This document shows, piece after piece, positions 10,149 to 18,716 of a DNA stretch of 64,000 nt. A model generated the notes under the pieces. That model ran no database searches and was not told the origin of the DNA. It was given only the letters and a program-made list of their open reading frames with translations. Made by a program: the position numbers and the translations under genes. This DNA is from a virus. Its lineage: Duplodnaviria > Caudoviricetes. The stretch covers positions 32,001 to 96,000 of the IMG/VR virus record IMGVR_UViG_2882674194_000007; one strand, given 5' to 3'. Every line of letters begins with the position of its first letter. Positions within the stretch are counted from its first letter, which is position 1.

Positions 10149-11000
10149 TTATACCCACTTAGTTTTTCTGTTTTTTACACGATCATACTCTGTTTGTAAT
10201 ATTTGTTTTCTCTCTTCGTATGAGTAAATTTCCTGAGAAATAATTAACTGTGCATCATATCGTTCTAATCTTTCTACATCATCTAATTGATCTTCAGAAA
10301 AATAATTTCGTATCTGTTCATTAGAAGATATATTATGTTCTTTGCGATACTGTGTTGCAGACATTCCAAGTATTACAGTATTTAGTAATGAAAACTCAAT
10401 AGAGTATAAATTGCCATTAGTAATCCATTCAGGAACACCATTAAGTAATTCTTCTCTTTTTGTGATTAAAGCACCACGCAATTCTTTGCAATTAATTAAG
10501 GTGTTTTTGCGGTTTGTATTCCAGTTTGTACGATTTTTAAATGCTTTTTCTATAGCGATAAAATATTTTCTCACTAACTTGGACATTTTCTTTAGCTCTT
10601 CGGATGTACGTCCACCTTTAGAACCGGCAAGCATTGCAATTTCCTTTGCATCGCTGAGCTTTAACTGATAATCAACTAATCCACTCCCCTTTAAAGGTGA
10701 ATCAATAAAATAATCTATGTTTTTAACTAGTTCCAAATCTTCAATTTGTTGTTTGATCCAAGTTGAAAAATCTCGACTAACTTTTAATTGATTATGTAGT
10801 TCTTTTGCGCTAATTGTATTATTTTCATTTTCTTGTAAAATAGGCAAAAGTGACTGATATTCAAGGATTGTGGCTATTTCATTATCAGATAGTCCATATT
10901 GTTTTAATTCTTCTTCAGTAAATTGACCATCTTTGAATGACTCGCTTTCATATACTTTTTCTTTTCTTGGTTTTGTGGTATTTTTGTTTGTAATTCTCAT
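10149..11000 (-). CDS. AntA/AntB family antirepressor
   Basis: ISAKELHNQLKVSRDFSTWIK...DY...AKEIAM...VRKYFIAIEK. Confidence 0.85.
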   Translation of the reverse strand: MRITNKNTTKPRKEKVYESESFKDGQFTEEELKQYGLSDNEIATILEYQSLLPILQENENNTISAKELHNQLKVSRDFSTWIKQQIEDLELVKNIDYFIDSPLKGSGLVDYQLKLSDAKEIAMLAGSKGGRTSEELKKMSKLVRKYFIAIEKAFKNRTNWNTNRKNTLINCKELRGALITKREELLNGVPEWITNGNLYSIEFSLLNTVILGMSATQYRKEHNISSNEQIRNYFSEDQLDDVERLERYDAQLIISQEIYSYEERKQILQTEYDRVKNRKTKWV

Positions 11001-12428
11001 GATTTTATTCCTTTCTTTTATCTTAATTTTTAATGTATATCACATCAGAGTGTGACATACTTGAAGAAAAAATGACAAAGTATATCACACCACAGTGTGC
11101 AGAATCAGCCGTCTTTTTATAAATAAAGACTAATTATATAAATAAAGACTACTATCGTAATGAATTATTCGCATACGCTTCATAATTCATTACTCTCTTA
11201 AAAACTTTTTGATTGTTGATGGTTGGTGATGTTTGGTAGTTACAGGTGGTATAAATTACAAGTTGTAAGATAGAGTAGCAGTGTCTATTTACATATTCTC
11301 TTTCTTTGGATATAAAATTCCTTGTATGTATTAGATCTACAATAGAAAATGCCTTGGATAAAATTAATCAAAGTATTCAAGGACTTCAGCAAAAATAGCT
11401 GTTAAGTCCTTTTTAATTTCTGCTTTGTTAGCTTTAAAGGCATCTATATCTATGGTTAAAATGTAAATTTTTGAGGTATTATTTTAGGGTTTGTCATAGT
11501 TCATGTCTCCTTTATGTAAAATTTTGTATTTACTATTTGTTATTTCTACATTCTGATTTTGATAATGTTATAAATTTTAAATCTGTATTTTGAGCCAATA
11601 GGAGAGTATATGGACAGTAAATAATAAAATATGTAAAATATACCCCCTATGTATATATGGATTAGATTTTTGATTGATATGTTGGATATTTAATATTTCT
11701 CTATTTGAAATGATAATTACGATGAAATATATGGTGTATATTTTATGAGTTCGGTGATGAAGTAATTCTGATATAGCAATGGAATGTAAAAGTACTGATT
11801 TTACTGGATATTTTAAGATTCTTGTGAATGATTTTTAAATGTGATTTTATATATGATTTCTTTTCTTGAGTGCAATTTTAGAGTTAATTCGGGATAATGC
11901 TTATTTTTCAAGGGGTTTAGAAGTTTTTTTGGTTGTATTTTTGTGGTTTGGTAATAGATTTGAATTGTCAGAAAATTTATATTGTATTGATTTATAAGGA
12001 TTTTTGAGAAATGACACCGAATAGGATTCCGAATTGTTTTTACGAATTGTTTGTGTTTCGGACACAATTTTTAAAGGTGATGTGTGAATAGAACAGATAG
12101 GGGCTTTCTGGTAATTACTGATCAATTTCAAAATGTAAACATACCCCTGTATAGTGTTATTGCATATTTTAAGTTACACTTTGCCCATTTTTGCAACCGA
12201 ATGAAAATATATATTCTGTCAAGTAAAAATACTTTACAATGATATTATCCGGCATTTGTCAAGTAATTTTGCTTGACATGTTCGATGTATAAAGCAAAAT
12301 ATATCAAAATGCTATTTTTATATACCATAATACTACATCTATATTATCCAGCAACATCATAATATCACAACTCAAAATATATCATAATGCTATCTAATAT
12401 ACCAAAATGCCACATAACCATCCTTCTA

Positions 12429-12635
12429 TCAATCCTCTTTCCCCTGAATATATCCATCTCTTTCCAACTTTTCCACAATAGCGGTAGTAGTCCATCTATT
12501 CCGGTTCATTCCACTATCAGCCATAGCTTTTTCAACTTCCCGATATATCTCAATAGGGTATTTTACACTGTATTGTTTCATGTTCTCAGCGTCATATTTT
12601 GCTTGATATTCGCTCTGTTTTTTTCTATCTGACAT
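12429..12635 (-). CDS. Ribbon-helix-helix DNA-binding protein
   Basis: QYSVKYPIEIYREVEKAMADSGMNRNRWTTTAIVEKL strand-helix-helix pattern; own promoter. Confidence 0.7.
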   Translation of the reverse strand: MSDRKKQSEYQAKYDAENMKQYSVKYPIEIYREVEKAMADSGMNRNRWTTTAIVEKLERDGYIQGKED

Positions 12636-12671
12636 TTTATACCATCCTTTTTAAAAACCATCTTAAATTGC

Positions 12672-12700
12672 ATTTTAACACGTATTACCTAAGTTGTCAA
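12672..12700 (-). promoter_or_regulatory. Leftward sigma-A promoter for the RHH gene
   Basis: TTGACA-acttaggtaatacgtgt(17)-TAAAAT on the minus strand. Confidence 0.8.
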
Positions 12701-12783
12701 TCAATTAGCAAACTGCACAAAAATAACTAGGTAATACCTAAAATAATTATGTATTATTTTGCTATAAAAAACTAGGTATTACG

Positions 12784-12812
12784 TTGACAATCTAGGTATT
12801 ACGTGTTATAAT
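12784..12812 (+). promoter_or_regulatory. Rightward sigma-A promoter with operator in the spacer
   Basis: TTGACA-atctaggtattacgtgt(17)-TATAAT, extended -10. Confidence 0.9.
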
Positions 12813-12908
12813 CTATACATAAGTTAAAGATAAAGTGTCACACCAAAACAAAGAAGTATATAGCAACAACTACACACAAACAACCACAATGAAAGACAGG
12901 TACACAAT

Positions 12909-13133
12909 ATGAGAATACATTTAAACAATGCAACAGTTAGAGTATCAGGTTTTGAAAACAAAGAAACATTTAATCACACATATCACAATGTTACTTGTAT
13001 TGAAGAAGTAACAGCAAAAGAGATTGAAAAAGAATGTGGCGAAAAAATAGGTGCTTGCATTAGATTACATTTTGAAGATGGTAAAACAGCTACGTTTTCT
13101 AAAAAGTCAAAATTAGATTATGAAGTATTATAA
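12909..13133 (+). CDS. Hypothetical protein
   Basis: First ORF after the rightward promoter. Confidence 0.7.
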   Translation: MRIHLNNATVRVSGFENKETFNHTYHNVTCIEEVTAKEIEKECGEKIGACIRLHFEDGKTATFSKKSKLDYEVL

Positions 13134-13192
13134 ATCCCCTGATGAGCAACGGTGAGAGCCGGCGAAACTACCCAAACAAGGGTAGTCGGGAT
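13134..13192 (+). ncRNA. Type I hammerhead ribozyme
   Basis: Stem I ATCCC/GGGAT, CTGATGA core, stem II GC-aa-CGG..CCG-GC, GAAA, stem III CTACCC/GGGTAG, GTC cleavage triplet at 13185-13187. Confidence 0.92.
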
Positions 13193-13314
13193 ATCAACAC
13201 AACCCAAATAAGCACCACAAAGCACTTTGATAATTGAATAGACTTTGCATCTAAGTTGTGATATACTAACAGTATCAGCCATACATACAATCACAACAAA
13301 AAGGCGGTGATCAT

Positions 13315-13545
13315 ATGACAGATAGTGAAAAACTTGATCTGATTCTTGAAAAAGTAATAACACTTGACAGGAAAGTGACAGACATTGAAAAAGATATGAT
13401 TGATGTTAAGGCCGATTTAAAACAAACTGAACGTGTCTTAAAAAATGAGATACGGAAAGAATGCGGATTAGTGCTCGATGAGATTGAAAGAGTACACGAT
13501 ATCTTAGATAAGCACAAAGAAGATAAAGCAGCACATACAGCATAA
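13315..13545 (+). CDS. Coiled-coil hypothetical protein
   Basis: AAGGCGGTGA RBS; heptad pattern. Confidence 0.7.
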   Translation: MTDSEKLDLILEKVITLDRKVTDIEKDMIDVKADLKQTERVLKNEIRKECGLVLDEIERVHDILDKHKEDKAAHTA

Positions 13546-13573
13546 GCAACAACATACATATATCACATACCAC

Positions 13574-13613
13574 GGTGTAAAGTCTATTGAATTATTAAGG
13601 CTTTACACCTTTT
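13574..13613. terminator. Intrinsic terminator between convergent genes
   Basis: GGTGTAAAGTCT...AGGCTTTACACC followed by a T run. Confidence 0.75.
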
Positions 13614-13623
13614 TAATTTTGTT

Positions 13624-13884
13624 CTAAGGTCTTGTATATGAAGGGCAATTTTGTCCTTTGCAAAGGGCTCCATTGTTTAAAGAAAAAGGACTTTTACAAG
13701 TGCCTACATTATTACAATATTTACATTTTTTATATTTTCTTGATTTGTTATATTCGTAAATATAACCTTTACTATGTATTATATTTGAACCATCGTTATG
13801 GTTAATATCATGGTTCAATCTAGTGTTATAATCTTTTATAATATTTTCAGCCGATTTATTTTTCTTTTTGCTCATAAATATCAC
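13624..13884 (-). CDS. Small Cys-containing hypothetical protein
   Basis: 86-aa ORF with CKYC...C...C...C; converges on the terminator. Confidence 0.55.
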   Translation of the reverse strand: MIFMSKKKNKSAENIIKDYNTRLNHDINHNDGSNIIHSKGYIYEYNKSRKYKKCKYCNNVGTCKSPFSLNNGALCKGQNCPSYTRP

Positions 13885-13951
13885 AACCTTTTACTTTTTA
13901 TTGTAGAATAAATGTGATAGAATATCAATAGTAAAGGAAGGTGAATATTTA

Positions 13952-14152
13952 ATGATTGCTTATTATAAGTTATTAGATATGCTTAATAAAAGAGATATGA
14001 CAAAAGAGCAATTAAGATTAAAAGCTGGACTTGCTTCTGGCACAATGACAAAAATTTCAAAAGGTGAACCTGTAAATTTAAAAACGATTGATCTTATTTG
14101 TAAAGCATTACAAGTACAACCTGGAGATATTCTTGAATATATAGAAAAATAA
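13952..14152 (+). CDS. XRE/Cro-C1 family HTH regulator
   Basis: LRLKAGLASGTMTKISKGEPVNLKTIDLICKALQVQPGDILEY. Confidence 0.92.
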   Translation: MIAYYKLLDMLNKRDMTKEQLRLKAGLASGTMTKISKGEPVNLKTIDLICKALQVQPGDILEYIEK

Positions 14153-14188
14153 AATCTCACGAAAATAGAAAAAATCTCTAATAAAGTG

Positions 14189-14217
14189 TTGACAAGTAAA
14201 ACGCAATATGCTATTAT
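14189..14217 (+). promoter_or_regulatory. Sigma-A promoter for the long non-coding leader and early operon
   Basis: TTGACA-17-TATTAT with extended TG. Confidence 0.8.
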
Positions 14218-14223
14218 ATACTT

Positions 14224-15655
14224 GTAAGGAACACAAGGGAATATAAATCGGTATCACGGCAGTGTCAATAAGACCTGATACATTCTCAACATGGCAGCGT
14301 CAATAAGTCCAGGAGCGATAAAAAGAAAAATCCCAGTTCCAAACGAAACCGGGAAATTTCAAGTAAGTGTGTAAAACTCTTACCCTAAGCAAGTAGAGTA
14401 TAACACAATTCTTGATAATCTGTCAATCGGCAGAAATTTCCCAAAACAAAGTAACTATTAACGTCCTGTCAAGTGGAGTGCTAACAGGATCGTAACTAAG
14501 GCAAAGCAACAAGAGATTGCAAACGAGGTTAGAGAAAAGATAATTGATTCATTAAATTTCCGCAACCTAACGGGAAAACGTGACAGATAGCAGCGTAAAA
14601 ATGTTATCCGTGTTGACTGGACACGCTGACTACATCGGAGACGTGATAGTTCATATCATATCAGACGTAGCAGGGAATACCATCCCAAACCAGAAAATCT
14701 ATGAATATGTGTGAATGCGAGTAGGCAGAAACAAGAGTTTTGCGGTGACTGATTCTGAAACCGTGACCTGTGGGGTGTGGTAGCCGTAACGGGAACGAGA
14801 GACAATCTACTATAATATAGATGGCTCTTTTGATGATAATTTATCGCTGTAGAGGATGGACGGGGAGAAAACACAAAACGATAGACTATATAAAATGGTA
14901 GTTGTAAACCGTGGTTATGGAAGGCTGAGAAATACGTCTTCCAACCGCTAATAAGCGGTATATAAATATACATAAGAACCTTTAGAGAGTGTCAAGAACC
15001 TTTGGCACTCTCTTTTATATTAAAAGCGGTCAACTGCTTTTCAAAAGAAATGTGATGTTCAAGCGAGAAGGAAAAGAGAAATAAGTATTACATCCTGTAA
15101 GGGCTGCCCATGTGGTCATAAGTGCATATATCAGGCACAAGGAAAAGTGATAACCCGTGACACAAGCTTTTTTACATTTGAAAGATTGCACGTATAAAGA
15201 AGGAAGTAAAAATGTAGCGCAAGATAAGGGCGTTAAACTTTCAATCGCTCAAGATCGGCAATGCGATTAATAAATTGTGCCGGCATTGTGTGAAAGCAGG
15301 TATCACACTTACAATGATTACCGCCACAAAGATTTGAGTGTAATAAAATCTGAAAAGTCAGTAAAAGGCGTGGGACTACTGGAGAAGATAATAAACACGA
15401 CAGGCGAACCCCTGAAAAGGAAGAAGGTTATACTATAACTGTAAACTTAAAAAGCTGCTGTCTGGATGCCTGACATATACGGCATATTACATAATTTTAT
15501 TATTTATCATGCCCATAAAAACAGAATCAAACGTGAGGCGGTGCGGAAAGCTGGTGAACCACTCAATACAATGAGGACATAGCCATAAAGCCGGATGCAT
15601 TTAGCCATATCCTTTGAAAAGTCTCTTTTGTGGGCATGGATAAGTAATAAAAGAT
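14224..15655 (+). ncRNA. Putative large structured ncRNA or leader region
   Basis: About 1.4 kb with no sense ORF, GC-richer than neighbours, many stems (GGGAAATTTC 14351/GAAATTTCCC 14433; TCAGGCA/TGCCTGA; long stem 15496-15652). Confidence 0.6.
14984..15017 (+). terminator. Terminator-like hairpin within the leader
   Basis: AGAGAGTGTCAA...TTGGCACTCTCT followed by TTT. Confidence 0.7.
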
Positions 15656-15683
15656 ATGATAATATAGATGTGGAGGAAAAAAT

Positions 15684-16310
15684 ATGAAATCATATGTAAA
15701 ATATGTTGAATGTGCAGATTGTGGAAGAAAAATTCCTATTTGCAACGCCCATTACATCAACGGAAAACCTTATGGATATGGTTGCTATAAAAAGCAGGTT
15801 GCATTACTCTATAAGCGATGGGAAGACGAAAAAAACGCCGAATATTCTGTAAAATGTTTCGCTGCTATGCAAGTGTTTCAAGATAAAAAAAGTAATTCCT
15901 TTCATGATTCTATATGTAAGCAATGGAACGAGTGCAAAAAACTAACTGCTAAACAGTTAAATTGCATCATAAACGGATTTACTGATCAGGAAAATATAAA
16001 TTTCTGGATAATATGGCAACAACTTACAAATGACGAATGCTTAAAATGGAGTATTCCGTTATGGGTAGAAAACACCATTTATAAAAATAAAAAAGGTTTT
16101 GCTGATTATATGGAAAATGAGGCGGTTATAAATTGTTTGCTTTATGATCGCACATATAATAAACAAGGTTTTTATTTTTCCCATGATTTAGAAATTGATC
16201 CAGAAAGAGTTTGTATAATGAAAAATGGTAAAAATAATATTTATCTTCAGGAAGATATAGAAGATGAATATATAGAAGTATTAAAAGTAGTTGAGGGCAT
16301 ACGGAAATAA
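15684..16310 (+). CDS. Hypothetical protein with N-terminal CxxC
   Basis: GGAGGA RBS, 208 aa. Confidence 0.75.
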   Translation: MKSYVKYVECADCGRKIPICNAHYINGKPYGYGCYKKQVALLYKRWEDEKNAEYSVKCFAAMQVFQDKKSNSFHDSICKQWNECKKLTAKQLNCIINGFTDQENINFWIIWQQLTNDECLKWSIPLWVENTIYKNKKGFADYMENEAVINCLLYDRTYNKQGFYFSHDLEIDPERVCIMKNGKNNIYLQEDIEDEYIEVLKVVEGIRK

Positions 16311-16988
16311 TGTATGTCCTCTTTAAATGGAGGTAGATATTATATGGAAACAATATGGATTGAGCACGACAATGGGATCAAGGGGCAACATGGATTTTCC
16401 GAAGAAGAAATTTCCTCTGAAGTTGAAATTGATGCTTTGATCAAAAGCTATGAGGATTGCGGGATTGTGGTTTATGGATGGATATATTAAGCAATGAAAC
16501 AATTATTTGAAGGGAGAAAACTATGATCGAATTATGTTATGCAATATCTGATAAAAAGACAGGTGAAGAAGTTCATAGGAATTATGGGAAATTTGATTCC
16601 TTAGATGAATTTTATTCGTATATGAAGTTTAGATTCGGCTACACAAGTAGAAATTATAGCTTTTTGCTTAGTGGAATAGAAATCCAGTAATCCAGTAAAA
16701 AATATTCTGTCACCACAATAATACTAATATACGGGAAGAGACGAGCTACGCGCCGTCTCTTTTTGTATGGGTTGAGTATGACAGAAGATGAGGAGGACAA
16801 CACTTAAAATGAAACGAATTACCACATATGCAGAATTTCAGGCATTAAAAGCCATTTACAAAGAAGCAAAAGTTGTAAGCGTATCAGATTATGGCGCACT
16901 TATTTTTATAAGAAAATAAAACAGAATGGAGAAGTAGTTATTGATACTGATACATAGACAATCAAAGAAAGGTTAAACGGTGGAAATT

Positions 16989-18662
16989 ATGTCAAATTAT
17001 TATGATTATAGAGAAGTAAAGGTTATGATCGCTCACAAACTTATGTCTATGGAAGGCTGGAAAGTATACGGCTATAAAGAAGACAGAAGCGACAGTATGA
17101 CCGATTATTATGATCCTGCTAATTGGGACGGAGTAGCAGAAAAGAACGGCTATATTTTATGCGTAGATGTTTACGGCGCAGCAGAACCGCAGGAAATCAG
17201 AAAATATAATTACTCTGGTTTTACATATGATCGCAGCATAGCGGAAAAAATCAAAAAGTTGGAAGCTATGACCGTTGAACGTGGAGCTTCTGAAGCAGAG
17301 GAAGCAAGCGCAAAATTATCTATTGAACGTTTGCAGAAAAAAGCAGAAGAAGCAACGGAAAACGCAAATAAATATATTGTTGTTGGTACAGTTCCCGGAC
17401 ATATGGCACACCCTCCAAAAATGAATTGGCATATTGAAAAAGATGGGATCATCATTGCAAAGGGTAACGGCATTTTGAAATTTGCCCATATCTGGAAATA
17501 TTACAATTATAACCGTGATATGGAATGGTTAAACGAATATAAGAAGGACAAAAAAGCATATACCGATAAGCACACACAAGACCTTGTAAACCGTGGATAT
17601 TATGACAGTAAGGAAGACGCAAGAAAGAATACAGAAAGACATATTGAGGATTTAGAGGAAGATATTAAGCTGATAGATAAGTTTGAGACATTCATCAATA
17701 AAATTGATACTTCTTGTGGCGGTTTAATTGGAGAAGGTGACGGCACTATCTACGAAAAAGTTACCGTTACAGAATACAAAAAAGAAAATAAAGTTGTAGA
17801 AGATACGACTGGAAGCATTAAAGAGGGTCAGCTTTTCATTCTGAAATCTAATTTTAATTATGGATGTTATAAAGGGCTTGTATATCGTATCCATGAAACA
17901 GAGAGAAACGGACAGAAACATTTTCATGCTTATAAACTAAATGGAAAACTTACAAAGGAATGTACAGGAAACGCAAGCCGTAATAACTATTGGTTTGTTG
18001 GTAGTGGTGATTCTGAATGCCTCACAAAATGGATTGAAAAGGGTTCTATTGCATGGTGTCATATTGAAGAGGTAAAAACGCCATATGAGGTGGAAAAGGT
18101 TGTAAAAAAGACTATTAAAGCAGAAAAGAAAAATACGACATCTACCACAACGGAAACGGCACAAACAGAGGAAACAGACGTAAACGCCTATGCATATGAA
18201 GTATCAGAAGACACGGACACACGTACAGGAGAAAAAATATATCTTGTGAAGGTTGCGGAAAAATTGAGCCGTGAAGAGTATATAACCGTAAACAAGTATA
18301 TTAAATCTTTGGGCGGTTATTACTCGAAATTTAAACACGCCTTCTTATTTAAGGAAAATCCGGCAGAAAAGTTGAACACAACTATAGTGGAAACTACACA
18401 GACGGCAGAACCGGCACAGGAAGCACAAAGCACAAGGGAAGAACCAGAAGCGAAAAAAGAAAGTATTTCCTATACAATTATAGAAGATCAGCACACGCAA
18501 ACACACGCGAAAATCTGGATTGTAAAGCCTGAAAAGGAATTAAACAAGACGGATTTTGCAGAGGTTAAGCGGAAACTTGCAACGCTACAAGGCTACTATA
18601 GCACATTCAAACACGGATTTATTTTTAAATATAATCCAAAGGAAGTATTACAGACTGGATAA
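16989..18662 (+). CDS. Large multidomain early protein (DUF2786-like helix and duplicated C-terminal domain)
   Basis: EKIKKLEAM...GASEAEEASA; two copies of a GYYS(K/T)FKH(A/G)F(L/I)FK domain. Confidence 0.7.
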   Translation: MSNYYDYREVKVMIAHKLMSMEGWKVYGYKEDRSDSMTDYYDPANWDGVAEKNGYILCVDVYGAAEPQEIRKYNYSGFTYDRSIAEKIKKLEAMTVERGASEAEEASAKLSIERLQKKAEEATENANKYIVVGTVPGHMAHPPKMNWHIEKDGIIIAKGNGILKFAHIWKYYNYNRDMEWLNEYKKDKKAYTDKHTQDLVNRGYYDSKEDARKNTERHIEDLEEDIKLIDKFETFINKIDTSCGGLIGEGDGTIYEKVTVTEYKKENKVVEDTTGSIKEGQLFILKSNFNYGCYKGLVYRIHETERNGQKHFHAYKLNGKLTKECTGNASRNNYWFVGSGDSECLTKWIEKGSIAWCHIEEVKTPYEVEKVVKKTIKAEKKNTTSTTTETAQTEETDVNAYAYEVSEDTDTRTGEKIYLVKVAEKLSREEYITVNKYIKSLGGYYSKFKHAFLFKENPAEKLNTTIVETTQTAEPAQEAQSTREEPEAKKESISYTIIEDQHTQTHAKIWIVKPEKELNKTDFAEVKRKLATLQGYYSTFKHGFIFKYNPKEVLQTG

Positions 18663-18716
18663 TATAAAGGCGGTTGAAATATACCGACTTGCATAATGAA
18701 AGGAATGATTTTTTAT

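Noticed and set aside
584-10668. Plus-strand ORFs overlapping left-arm genes, and minus-strand shadow ORFs across the right arm
   Set aside because: Antisense shadows of well-supported genes; no RBS or motifs.
11813-12131. Two overlapping minus-strand ORFs in the junction region
   Set aside because: Low-complexity products of skewed AT-rich DNA; no RBS.
14656-14973. 105-aa minus-strand ORF within the structured leader
   Set aside because: No RBS, atypical composition, antisense to a strong promoter; likely spurious.
15520-15630. Possible twister-sister or pistol ribozyme inside the long stem
   Set aside because: I could not match the conserved cores by eye; kept as part of the unassigned ncRNA.
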